A stretch of 64,000 nt of DNA. Source: Phoronis australis (lineage: Eukaryota > Animalia > Phoronida). Where the stretch lies: positions 1,471,439 to 1,535,438 of the forward strand of contig NMRA01000015.1 in NCBI GenBank assembly GCA_002633005.1, read 5' to 3'. Shown here in pieces: positions 29,800 to 43,699 of the stretch. The notes under the pieces are model-generated. The model searched no databases. It was not told the DNA's origin and saw only the letters and a list, made by a program, of their open reading frames with translations. Position numbers and translations under genes: made by a program. How positions within the stretch are numbered: the first letter of the stretch is position 1; the number at the start of each line of letters is the position of its first letter.

Positions 29800-30524
29800 A
29801 TTTAGTCAAACTAAGTTGAACATATCCATGAAAATATGTCGTCGTTCACTCGAGATTCCCTCACTCGGGTGCCATTTTGAGAAAGTTAGGCAAAATCATG
29901 CCTGTATAACTTTTGTTTACAAGTTACACCCCACTCAGTAGAACTCACCCTGGATCACCTGCAGATAGTGCATTACCAAACATTTTGTGTTTCCAATACA
30001 ATAAACCCAATCTTGTGGAAATAAATACAGCATGACGGCGTTTTCCCCCATTGCTCCCAACTTGTTCGTTTCTATAGCCCAACAACAAGTTGGGAAGATC
30101 ACCCCTGTAGCCAATATCTTACACAACTGATAATTCCATTCTGGCATTTATGGTTGGAGGGCCAGCTCTTTTTTGTTCGATAATTGCTCTAATCTCCAGT
30201 AAGATGGTATCTAGCCTGACTGGGCTGTGCTGCTAAAAATGAAAGTTAAGTCATATCATATTTGAACATAAACCAATAGCATTTCTGAATTCCTCGTCAA
30301 ATGCTGATCATGTTTAGTTTTGAATCGTCGAAATCGACCAACTACAATCTTTTCTGTCCACACCTATTATCAACGTATTGTTGTTGATGAAAACCTCTAC
30401 CTGGTGTCGAAAGTAGTTCTGCCAGGTTTCAGTAATGGTAGATAATTGGCCTGCATGTTGTCCTATGAGACAAAAGACTGTGCTGGGCAGTCATCAAAGG
30501 AGCCAGATGTTATCACACGCTTAC

Positions 30525-30768
30525 AACACCTCACGTCTGGAAAAGTCACTGAACGGCAGAACGCCGTAATGCCTAATGGGCGCAGTATTTTCTAACAAAC
30601 AAAGACTTTGTGAAAAGGCTCGATTTGTTGCTTGGCTGGGGGAAAGTACCTCGCCCAGCCTAGTCTTGGTGTAGCAAGGTCTCATGGCATATTCTGCAAA
30701 TTCCACGGGCGACGGGTCCCGCGTAGCACGGACCAGCATGCAGTGGCACCATGCAGTTGGCAATGCCA
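30525..30768 (-). other. Candidate 5' (probably non-coding/uORF-containing) exon of the - strand gene divergent from SMCR8
   Basis: GC/CpG-richer segment bounded on - by an acceptor (ATTTCACATCAG|) and a donor (|GTAAGC). An upstream donor G|GTAAGC at ~31151 lies next to the promoter region. Confidence 0.35.
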
Positions 30769-31099
30769 CTGATGTGAAATTATTTCTACTTAAGAGACTT
30801 TAGATTACCTACTTCTTCTTCTTCTTCTTTTTCGTCTTGGTTCAAGTGGCCTAAACTCTCTCCAGAGTATACTGTGGCAGTGTCAATGACAATAATAGTT
30901 GATTTTTGCCACTGACAAAGACAAGTGAAACAGCCACTGCCCGGATGAAGACGAAGTACAACGACAAAAACAATTGTAACAAATTTAAAAATATATGCAT
31001 AGTGGACCACAAAGCCTTATGTGCATATTAACATTGTATGCTCGTTACGTAACAGGTATGAAAAAGTGAAAAATCTTGCACAAACCCAACATATCAGAA

Positions 31100-31440
31100 C
31101 TGAACGGTTCACCGTGTTCGCCGTGTCCTCGTCGTCTGCTCATCTGCTTACCCTACTTCCGTGTAACCTACATAATGTACGTTCGACGAAATGAGGCCGC
31201 ATTGAAATAATAAATACTTTGATTTTCTATTTTTAAAAGCATGAAAGGATGGATATGAATCTACTCAACATAATAAGAATATCTGGAACTTTCATCAGTA
31301 CCCAAGGTCTTTTAAGTGAACGAGTTCGTATTGCTGCACATTACTGACTAGAGTCTCAGGAAAACTTCCTGTCAGTGTGATGTGGTATATGTTTTTGAAA
31401 CGGAGAAGATAGCAACTTAATGTTATCTGTTCTGATAACC
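31100..31440. promoter_or_regulatory. Putative bidirectional housekeeping promoter (SMCR8-like + / unidentified gene -)
   Basis: CpG-enriched relative to flanks, ETS-type motifs ACTTCCG (~31155) and ACTTCCTG (~31364), - strand splice donor at ~31151, SMCR8 start codon ~300 bp away. Confidence 0.45.
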
Positions 31441-34400
31441 ATGTTTGGTGGGTACGAAGTCGCGCAGTATTTAACTCCAGATGTTGCAGATGACATGAAT
31501 TCCGGCCAAGACGAAGAGGTTCCTGCTCGCTTGGTGCCGCACAAATATAACCTAACCCGGAAGTGCAACCCTTGGTCTTGGATGTTGTGCGAAGATCATG
31601 TTCTGTTGGGTGAATGTTCCGAACTTGAGGGACCAAAGCCGTTGGTAAGGCCGTATGATTGGCTAGAGCCTTGGTACTGTAGCTGAAAACGATTTCAGTA
31701 CATTTGCTCTTTATTATGTACCTCCCTTGGAAATGCTATAGTCTTCCTGCAAAAACTTGCTGGGTGTTCTAACACATTGATCGCTTAGACATCAAATGAA
31801 GTCATCTAGAAAGTCTATCTTAAAGCTGAGACTTTTATAAGTCCAGAAAATCAATTAACTATTGACGTGGTTCACAAAAATGTGCAGCCATGTTTGTTGC
31901 TGTCTCTGTGATCCATGTTCACCACAATTCATTTAGAGTAAAATGTTGGATATTTTTATTTTTGTACAATATGTCTGTTTTTCAAAACCATAAAAGTTTT
32001 GTTATGGTTTTACTATAGTGTTGTGATTACAGTCATTGCCAATAGATGACATTAGCTATGGAAATGTAGCTTTGTCTGAGTACCAGCACAGATAGATCGC
32101 ATGCTAACTCGGATTTTGTTTGGCGACCTGGTAATAATCCCAGTCGTGATGAAGTCGCCACCCACATTTCCGAGCATCTGCCCAAAATACTACAGTGAGT
32201 AAGAAGACGGGAGTCGGGTTTTATTTGGCAAAATCCTGAAGGCCCCATACACGACTCGTCATGATCATCTGTGTTTCCCTTAGGCTAGAGGTGCGCAGAG
32301 TATTGGGCACCGAGAGGGAAATTGATCATTACCGAGAACGCGGTATTTTCCATTTGACTGAACTAGTAAGAAAGCCCAGTCCCGGGTGTTCCAGTAGCCA
32401 TTTGCTTAATTCTCTGGTTCTGTGTCTTAGATATCCTATTTTCCTGTGTTTTTCTTGTTTTACAACCTCATTTTCCATTTATGAACCTGGGAATTTTGAC
32501 ATGACATATTTGGGGAGTGGACAATATGCTAAGTGTCGAGCCATGTATGCAAATCACCTACAACCTGAAATATGTTTCAGCACATCATAAAGCAAGACAA
32601 GCTGAATAAAGATTTCGACGCCAACCATTTTACAGTCAAGATCATGGCTGTAGACACACAAGCCGTCAAGAGGTATTGAAAGTAATACAGTTGAAACATG
32701 TTACAACAAGCTCTCATAGGACTAAAATTTTATTACCCCTAATGGGTTTTGAATAGCCCAGTCTGGAATGCAATACACCTGGTTTGCCACTCAGGCTTGT
32801 GGAATGGAACTTTGCAAATGAATGAATTTTAAAAACGTAGTTTGTTGTCATGAGGTTTGACTGTATTTAATTTCCATTATAGGTTTCTGTTTCTTACGAT
32901 CAGAATGGGCAAGATTTTGTAACAAATGGTCATGTTTTACGTTTTCTTTAAGGTTGGTTTACAATATGTAGTTCATCCAATTCTTATGTAAAAAGTTTGT
33001 AAAAGTATTAACTACGACAATCGTAACATTGCTGTTGTTTTTAAATGATTGCTTGTTTACGTGTGGCAACTGATACACGTTGTTTGTATGACTTATATTA
33101 CAGCAACTATTTCCATCTTAGCGATGATATGAGTGTTTTGCTGATTGAAGACACTTGTGAAACCTATGCATATGTAAGTTTTAGCTTCACACTCTAAAGC
33201 TTCACTTTAACCTGAAAACCCACATTTGAATTAACATAAACTCATTGCCACTCTCGGATGAATCTCATTAGGTTTTTTCTCAGACATGGTTTTTTTCACT
33301 GTGAATAATGAGTTACCTGGAATTAGCAAATAGCACCTCTAGGATTGAGGAAAAGAAAAAAACTATGAATTATTCATTATGGATTAGATCATTTTAGTTT
33401 ATTTGTGGCTTGTGAAGCTAGTGGTAACTTTTAGACTCAAGCACTGATGTGTCCTATAGGTGGTTATCAGTATGCCTTTTAAGGCACTGTGTCACCACCT
33501 TGGCGATAAGACATGCCTTTGTTTTTCTGTCACTTGAGGGATAGTGTTACTACGATGACCTTTGTGTGTTTGGGCAGACACTAGTTGATTCCATGACTGT
33601 AGAGTATTGATAAAAAATGTTATAAACAATATCAAAACATATCATGTTGTTATTATCAGTCATAATGACCTATATTAAGCATGATAATGAAGGTCAATAT
33701 GTCGCTTGGCCTTGTTTATCTTGTGCTACATTGTCCTTGTCTGAACTTTTATGGTGAAAGTAACGAACAACTACTGAGACACTATTCATTCTATGGACTC
33801 CTACTGGAAATGCTTGCAGAGCATTGTCCATAAGAGCCATTTCCTGTAACCTCACAGTGCCCTCTCTTGTTCAGTGGTATTTACCCACAATGCTGTGTGT
33901 ATGTGGGGGCACTTTCTTGGCTCACACTTGCACACTGCTGCCATGCGTTTATTATTATTTTACATTAAACTAATTCTTCACCTATTTAGTACAAACAAGT
34001 GAATTTTTCTTTGTCAAACTTCTCAAAAAATTGCATAAAGATTACAAAGTTTTAGTCAACTGTTGGTGTTTTTCTGCTGTGTAGATGTCATAACAAACAT
34101 TTGGTAAAGCTTCATTGTTTTGTAGCAGGGTAATTAACCTCGCAAATATTTAGTTCTGTGCCATAGCTATCATAAGAGATGGTTCTGTGAAACTGTAGCC
34201 ATTCACAACATTGTTAGAGGGATTTGGAAAATGAAAAAGTTGTATTTTGACTATTGTTTTTGTCTGAAATTGGTAAGATTTTACCGTGGTTTACCATTTG
34301 TCATTCTGAAGGCAATAAACTTTTACTGGTGCATAGTAGGTTCTAATGCAGTTATAAAAAATTGATAAGCCAAGTGAGGTGCAACAGATTGTTGTTCACT

Positions 34401-37400
34401 TATCTGACTTGGCTCCAAAATGTGTTGAACACTAGGTCAATTGAACAATGCATGTTTCAACCTCTGCAAATGTGTAAGGAGTGGAGATTATTGACAGCTC
34501 TTCCAAAAATGTTGATTCTCAATTCCTTATTGGTGATTTACATTAACATTTATACATGTTCCAGTAATACCACACACTGGTCATTTACACCCTTTTCCCA
34601 GCATGCATTTTGTATGATGTTGAAAATTATGGATGATTTGTTACATAATACATATTGAAATATTAACAGAATGAACTATGATTTTGAAGTTTTCAACTTT
34701 GCCTCTTTTGTGTCCTGAATACTGTGCAGTCATTAACCCAGATTTGCCTTGCTACTGTCAGGTGCATCACTTCACACTTTATGATACTGAAGCACGTGGA
34801 TTTGTTCGACCATTCTGCATGGCGTATGTCAGTTCAGACAAAGAGTGAGTACTATACATTCAGTGGTATTAATCATTATCACTATGCAGTTGCTGTATTA
34901 ATGATAGCTATGATTTAAGTGGACGTCTGCTTCAGGTGGTGACTGCAAATGAGTTTCAAAATTTATAACCGCTTTGGTGTGAACTGGGTATATATTACTA
35001 AGGGCTATATTTAGCATGATCTGAATAACTTTTCTTCTTCAACTGTTTTGCATAATTTTTGTTTTTTCAAAGGCTAACTGCTGTCCTACATATACTAAAA
35101 CGATTACCAAATGCATTTGGGTGCACTGTAAAAACTGTTGCTAATGAAGCAGATAGCTATGTTAAGTCTGTATTGTAAACAATTGTTGGGTAACATGATT
35201 AACTTCCTATTCAGTTCTCTAAATGTCAGTGACCCTTCACTTCCCGTTTATGTCTGCATTACTGGTTTGTATATTCAGTTATGTTTTCTTTACCAGTCTA
35301 CATCATTTTAAAGTGACTTAATATCGCTTTGCTTTATTTTAGAAAGATGTGTGATCACTATGAGTCAATCAGACAAGAGTTTTACATGGTATTGTATTAG
35401 AATTTTTTGTATTTGTTGTATTTGTTCTTGTTGTTCTTGTTGTTCTTGGTGTTGTTTCTTCATTCAGTAGTTAATTCAAACAACGCATTTGTACTTAAAG
35501 TGGAACTTGCACGCTAATTCCTTATCTCTGTGATTGCTTAGTCAAATTAGTTTGAAACATAACATATAGCGATGTGAATATGAAGTAGGTTTAAAATTCC
35601 CAATTGTTTTTAAGAGCGAGTTTTGTGTGGATAATGATCCGCTGTAAATAAATCAACTGTGTCCAGTAAGTATCGTGACATGGTGTTGGGGAATAACACT
35701 GCATGATGCGGGTTATGCCAAGGTATGCCATTAGTGCAAAGGTCACTTATTTGCAAAATCTTGGTTTTCACATTGAAAAGTTGTCAATGAATTCAACTGC
35801 ATTTTGTTTAGCGTAGATGATGTTCAAATAGCATTGCCGTTTAGTTCCTGCTATACATTAGCATAGTTAGGAGCGTGCAAATACATCTTAAGCAGTCTTT
35901 TTTAACAAATTTTAGCGCTTGAACAAAAAGATTTGGGAAAATTTGAAATCAATTTTTATAATCAAGGTTTTGTTTTGTAGGTTTCCCAAATTTACCATTC
36001 CTACAATATGAGGGTTTTTAAATCAGATCTGGAGAATCGTGTTGAAGATCTAAAATTTACAAGAGGTAAGGTTTGTAATATGCTAATGTAATATGGTGCA
36101 ATGAAGGCAACAGGAGAATTGTAATTTCTCAAAGATAATTATTTAAACCAAATCACTTCTTTACAATTTTCATGTTTTGCACTTAACTATATTTTAGAAA
36201 AAAATGTAGGCATTCACTACAATATTAGAAACTAATAAACTTTGTGAAAAATTCAATTTTGACAATTATTTATGTCTGAAATGGTAAAATTTCCTGATCT
36301 GTGTTCAGCATGCTACTCGAATGGCAAATGATACAGTCTTTGCAGTTTGACACAAAAATATTTGCCAATATTGCATTTTTTCATTTTTCAATAGGTTATG
36401 GCTCTGTCGCCAATGCCTACAATTTTTCAAAATATTGTCTGATGGTAACTATGTTGTGGAATTTGAAAGTGAGGAAATAAAATTTCCCTTGTCGGCCAAA
36501 TTGCACCTTAAGTTGGTGAGATTTTACGAACTGCACATCCTCAACGCGGCACTTCTTTGCGTGATATTTTGTCGATATGTTTGTTCTCTATTTTTGCCTG
36601 AATTAAATGTGCTTGACTGATGAAGTGTCATGTTAATGAAATCAAGCCTTTGTTGATAGTGTCATGAATAGGAAACATCTAACGTGCAGTGCATTACTGT
36701 TGTGAGAGCTTGAAAGAGATTTAATCTTGGCCCAATTGTTATGTGCAACATGTGTCGAGTTGTCAAAGGCAAAAGCTTTTGAGTTTGGAAATTAGACTCT
36801 TGACCCTGGTCTTGTTCTCCGTCATATATGATCTGTAATTCATTGCAGCTTGTTTTTTGAAAAGTCAAAACGGCATTGGCGACGACGAATTCAAAGACAT
36901 ATTTAAAGGCGTTATGTTAAGTAATATCGACAACTTACTCCAAGAGGCAGTAGCTGCTTACAACGTGGTCCAGTCGGTATGTGTTCTCTTTCTTTTCTTT
37001 TCTTTATTTAATTATACTAAAGCTTTAATCAGTTACTATAAATGCTTTTTAATTTACCACAACTATAGTAGATAGGTGGAATTTCATTTCGTCGAGTTTT
37101 TAATAACAGAATTAAATGTTTTTGAAAAAATTTGATTCCTGATTATAGCTCACCGATTGTTACTCCCTTTGTGACTACGTATGTTTTTTTTAGTTAATAT
37201 TCTTCACAGTCATTTATAAAGTTGGTACTATTTCATCAACAGTTTTTGTTCATGCCGTCCAAACTTAGAGTACATACATATGAACATGCATACATATTTC
37301 ATTTTATTGCAACACTGGTGATAAATTATGACTGGAATCAAAATAGTTATCATAGTTAATTGGGTTGTTCATGTATCTTTGTTCACACAGTACTTTTTTA

Positions 37401-40400
37401 AATGTTTTGACATTTTCTAATTTTCATTAGTATTTCATTCAAAACTAAATTCATGTTATAATTTTATCTTTGTAGTCATATCAGTGGAGAGATTTTAACT
37501 GGCACGGTTCTTCAGGATCTTTTGGCTGTGGAGGTAAGTTATTTTTCATTAAACTGTATTTCTCAGCAGCACCTTTGTCCAAGCCCTGCACACTGGATAA
37601 TTAAAATACAATTAAGTGAACATTTAACATGTTAAAAGGTAAATCTAACCAGTCACATATCTTAAAGAGATATTTACCTGCTCTTGATAACGCTGAACAG
37701 CCAAGATGCAACCTTAGGTACTTCAGGCACTATACATAGTAGACCCACTATTACTAGACTCGAGTAGGCTAGTCCATCAGCAGTTCAAAAATGAAAACAA
37801 ATTTCTTGATTCGTTATGCAAGGCGTTTAGCTTGATGTACATGAGTTTGGTATTTCATTGTCAGCTGCACGAAGACTTGTGGTTTGCTCTGGAGTTTCAA
37901 TGTCCTGAGTAGGTGAGCTGGTTACTCCAGATCGTCTATCACAGCAAAATCATATTTATACAGAATCTAAACAATAATCTTATTTTAACATACTGGAGTC
38001 TAACCAGTTTTATGGTGAAAACGATTTGCCAGAAATCACCCGAGTGTGTCCAGAAAGTACAAGGCTGGGTATTGTTGGCCAGCAATTTTTGGTTTCTCTT
38101 TTAGAAATTATCTGCAGTGCTTTTTAAAATCAGTTAGCCACTTATTAGTCATATTGTCGCATTGTGTGTTTTTCTAATTCGTTTGACCAAATAATCACAG
38201 TATTAATTGATTAGCCTGCAAATTCTTCTTTGAACTGTGTAGTGTTATCACCTAAAGTGGTATTTTGGGTTTTAGCTGTTTTGCTTATTATGATGTTGTT
38301 GCTTATGTTTATGGATGTGATATTACACTTTCTGTTTACTTACAGATTCGTCAAGTATTAATTCTCAATTATCAAAACGTGAGGTAGGTAGCTGTTTGTT
38401 ATTACTAATTCTGAATTTTAACTTTTTTAATTCGCTATCAAGTCACTGAGTTATTTGAATTTCTACTAAGTGTTTGTTTTATCCTGAATTCATTTTCATT
38501 GTAACTTAAATCTTTTGTGTTTTAATTAACGTGTATCTGTGCACATTGAAGATTTGATATTTTTGTGTGCTATTCAACCTAAATAAAATTCATAAGATAT
38601 TTCATGTCCTGACTTCATACCAGTGTGACCTTTTCTCACTTTATCCTATATAGCCTTGCGTTCTTGATGTTCGCAACTGGAAAAGATTTGATTTCCGTCT
38701 TCGAAGTCTTGATGAGTTGTGTCGTGGAGGAGCCGATGAGGGTCTTTATACTCTCGAGTCCATCCATAAGGTGGGTCAATGTTTGATTGGTGTAACGTTA
38801 GAATGACGCGCCTCCGACATAATGTCTGTTCTATGCTCCAGCCAGTGCTGCGAAGCCTTGACTTGTGATAAACTTCTGAGACACGTTCAGCAACTGTTAC
38901 ACTTGTCGATTCAATATTCTGCTATCTCTGTAGCTGGCTCTCTATTGACTATCGCTGTAACTGCTGATTCTCTTCACTGCAACTCAACTATAATTCTCCT
39001 GATTACTTACTTTCTTGAACTGCTGATTGTCTGACTTGCACAAACCCGTGCTAGTGTATTTGTAGCCTAATGCATTGTTCTAGAACTTTTCATCAATTCA
39101 AGCACATTCTAGAACTTTTCTGAATCTACCCAACCATTCTACAAACATGTGCTAGTCTCTAGAATATTCCAGACTGTATTAATCACTGTCATGCTGGAGT
39201 CTTCTAGAAAGTTCCATACTATTCTGTAGTAAACAAATTACATCATCACTGTACTTAAGTCAGGGGTCATGCCAATCAAACAGAATAAAATAACAAAACA
39301 ATACAACTAAAAACAGTGTCAGTCTGTATTCTGACACTAATTTCAACCGTACGTTACCAAGTATACTAAAACAAAACATCCAAGTAATGTCTGTTCTATG
39401 CTCCAGCCAGTGTTGCGAAGCCTTGACATGACTGTGATCAGCTCACGTAATCGGTCAGTATCAAGGGACCGATTTCTCGAAATGTGTTGTGCAGATATCT
39501 CTACAGTCTATCCGTAAAAGGTCATGCGCTCGGTTATTTTCTGTCATAACACTCTCATACATTCTCCTGCCTGTTGACTTTCATTATTTCAGGTTTTTGT
39601 GATAAGCTGTGATTGTAGTTTGCATTGCTAATCCTGAATGGACCTTTATCACTGAGATTTATCAAATAGATATTGTGGCTGCGTATTAAATGATAGATAA
39701 GCAATATTTACTACCAGAGTAGACAGGCCTATCCACAAGTGCACTCACTGGGCATACACTAGGAAAAATTCCACAGTACAGCCAGGGTGTGTATTTGGAT
39801 TAAAACTCTGTTGAACTTGAGAAATGTATTATTTTCATTTGTTGTCATATATCATTGTATTCTTAACATCAGTTTTTTTATTTATGTATTCGTATATAAT
39901 AATTGTATATAGACTTCTTTGTATTTTTTTTACCCAGATCTAATGCCTCTTGGCGCTTTCTGGGTTATGTATATTCATTGTATTCTGAAGATTTTGTAAT
40001 AAACATTAAAAAAAATAATTTGAGAACACTTTGCTCGGTTTCTTGGGAAACAGACTCAGAAACCTTAAACAATTTCAATCAATGTGTCATTAAACTTAAG
40101 GATCTTGTTACATTATGTTATTCCCACGGTTTGCTCAACTATATTTTTGACATTGAATACAACTGGAGAATTGGGATATCCACCCATTTTGACAGTGAAC
40201 TTGAAAGAGGGGATCCATTTGTATGTAGCTGTTGTGAAATAGGACCTCTTCAAAGGTTCTGTCCCAGAAACACACCTCTCCCCCCCACCCCCTTTATTAG
40301 AAGTTTCAACATGCTAATCCTCAAGCAATAGATTCATGATGTCGTGTTAGCTAATATGAGTACTTCTTTTGTAATCAAAAAGTATAGATATGTTAAAACC

Positions 40401-43400
40401 CTTTCGTAAATTTGTGTAGTAGAAAACGTAGAAAATATATCTGAAACTAAATAAGGCGATCCAGATCCTCCCAAGGATACCATTGTTTCATGAAATGAAT
40501 AATATAAATCGGTAAATAAAACAACAAGAATGGGTCAACTGAAATTTGTAGTAGAAAAACAAGTTTAAAATTCTCAAAGTGATTGCATATTTTGGTAGTT
40601 AATTTTGTCTGAAAAGGCACCCTCTTGAGCACCACTTAATGTATACATCCTCTATGGCAAAAAGTCCATTTAATCAATGATAAATGTAATTGATATGCCC
40701 TCAAGTGTTTTCGTTTGTGCCAACGCATAGATATACATGGAATTTAAACAATTTTGTCCCGAAAATGTTATTTATTGAATACGTTCCCTGAATTTGTCTT
40801 TGAAAATTTTTGATTGAATTTTTTTGAAAAAAATAAAAAGTCGCATTTACTCGTTTGTTTATGATCCAGGTGTGCTACATAGTGCGACAAAAAAGTATTG
40901 ACATTCTTGGTTAAATAATTACAGTTTGTGTTTGCTAAGTAGTGGCATGTTTTTGTTGCTTTCAGCATTTTAATCGCAGTTCAATGATGCTTCATTTGGA
41001 GAATTTTGAGAAGTCATTTGGCAGTAAGTACCGTGAGATCTCAGAAACACTCTCATTGCTCTGATGACAGAAAAATTCTGTTTATATTTCATAGCAAAAA
41101 GTAATATCAAGAAAGACGTTTTCATGGATGCTGATATAAAAAATTCAAGGTCAAATTTGTGCATTTTTCCTCGTTTATTGTTCTTACAATGCTGTATGTT
41201 GATTCTGCTTACAGCTCCCTCTGCTTCAGTGGTAACGTTTGGTCAGATACTCACTGGTAATCTACATTTCCCCTTGGGCAGGTAAGTATTGAATTACGTA
41301 ACTGTGGCTAGATGCAGCACTCCAGTTCATTTGTCATTTTCACCTCTTGTAGAAGTTTAGCCTGTAATAGCATTTAAAGCAGCTATAAACCTGACTCTTT
41401 TCACTGGAATAAATTTGAATCGAGATCAGTTACTGTTATGAAATTGTATGTTGGTGATCTTATATGTGATTTCTGGGGCTCCAAAAGACTCGCCTGCTAC
41501 TTCGTTATTGCTTGAGACCAGTCTGTACAAGTTATTTTGTGCAACGTATGGATTGGAGAAATAATGTACTGTCAGTTTTTTGCAAGCCCCGCCCATAAAT
41601 CTGTGTAAGAAACAAATGGAGACCAATTTTATAACGACAAGATGTCTAAGCCAAAAATTTCTTGGTGGGAATGTGGGCTTATGTTCACTTTGAGATTTAA
41701 AACATAATCTAAGAACAAGAGATATTGAGGTTGAATTACCCTAACAGCACAGATGGGTTCCAAAGGGTAACCATCCTTATGTTAAATGGTTGTTCTCGAG
41801 CACTTAAAGCCCTTGTTTTTGGACTAGGTGTTTGGAATAGTTTGACATTCTGGCCTGAATCACATCCATTGTGAGATATTTTATAATTACTTTTTAGTTG
41901 GCAATGCATAATTCCATTTTGTATAGAAACATTAGTTTTTCCATTTTGATGGACTTATTCAAGTAATGCTATATTTTTGTAGCAACAAGAGCTGTACAAC
42001 TGGTGTGGTGCCTAACTCTCACTGTTCATCTGCCTCAGTAAGTGCTTGTTGTTAAGATTCTGTTAAATACCATTTACCATGTTTTGAAAAGAAACTGCCA
42101 CTGCCTATTACAGTCAAAAATGTTGTTTCCCAAGAGCAAGAAAAAAGTTATTTAGTCGATAATATGTGCCAATGAAATTTTTATGGTTTCCGCTTGGTAG
42201 ATTATCTGACACTGAGGTCACCTGTTGGCTGGAAATGTAGATGTATGCTCTGTCTTCATTGAGTGGTTGCATTTTGGTCCGGATAGTGACCCACATTCCA
42301 TTGCAGTTTGTTGTATCTATGTATTTGTAAAATGTCACGCAAATGATTTCTCTGGTGTACAACTGTTTTGCTTCTCACCTAGTAAGTAACTGTCTTGACT
42401 AACTCCTTAGTGAGTTGTTGTGATATTTCTGTCCATTCAAGACTTTCTATGATCAATTGGTCTATACAGTTCAGCGCTCAGCACACTAGATGGATACTGT
42501 GATATTTAGATCTGCCCCCAATTGCATGCTTTCAGAGTGGTACAGTTGAGAGTTTCAAGTCAGCAGATGATCATTGTGAGGACACAGTAGCTAGAGAGAA
42601 AGAACCTTCTGATGGGTAAGTTTGCACTATGTGGTAGATAGTCACACAGCAAAGGGTTGGCTGTGGGCTTAAAAGTGACCCCCTTTCACATGGGTGAATG
42701 TGTAGCCATTAGGGACGCGACTTGCAGAGGGTTGAGTACATAGTCAAACACACACCTTTTACAGGGTCAAAGAGACGCACCTTTAACAGGGATAAATATG
42801 TGTATAGTCTGTAGACTCTCCTTCCGGGGTTGAGTACATGGTCGTGAAAAGAGACCCACCGTTCACATGGGGTTCTATTAGTCGAAGAGTCGCACCCTTG
42901 TCATGGGTGAGTATATAGTCAGAGACACGTCCTGTGCAAGGGTATGTGAAGTCTTATACTGCAGAGCTGCTACTAATAAAGAGACAGTACCCTTACAATG
43001 TCTAGTCAAAACAATGATGCAACTTTCAAAGGAGCAAGCATTATGTTTATGGCTTATAGTAATGAACATTCAATGAATTGTAGTGAAAGTACGTACTCCT
43101 TTAACTCTTGTAATAATAAACTAGGTGTGCTGTTGTGATGAGGAATATTGAAGGATATGTTACATTTGCCCCCAATATCAGACATCACTATGAGATCATA
43201 TTTTGCATCTTTTTGTCATAACATGTAACTTCACTACCCTTATATTTACCACCTTATCATTGATGGTTTGTCCCATGTAAATACAGTTGAATTTTTATCG
43301 AGTAATCAGGTGTTGCCTACTGACACTCAACATTTTTTTCAGGTCAGCGATGTGCCCAAGCGCTGGTAGTTTTCAACTGATCTCTTCTTTAGACGGTAAG

Positions 43401-43649
43401 TTAGAAACAAAGAAAACTTAACTCTAAAACCTACATTTCCGTAATAATTCTTTTATGGAAATTTTCTTTTGAAGCGTTGAAGTTTTGTTAATTTGTGATG
43501 ATTGTTGATTTCAGACAATGTGGTTGAGACATCAGACACATGTACAAACACTTCTCAATTATTTTCGGAATTCAGTGGTTGTGTGGAGTGTTCAAAGTCA
43601 GAGACAAAAAGGTGAGTTTCATTTCTTTGTTATTGTTTGCATATGTTTA

Positions 43650-43699
<50 letters not shown>

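Noticed and set aside
37476-38383. Alternative reading frame for SMCR8 exons 8-9 (HISGEILTGTVLQDLLAVE / IRQVLILNYQNV)
   Set aside because: Needs a weak donor and leaves phase 2, incompatible with the conserved phase-0 exon at 38654.
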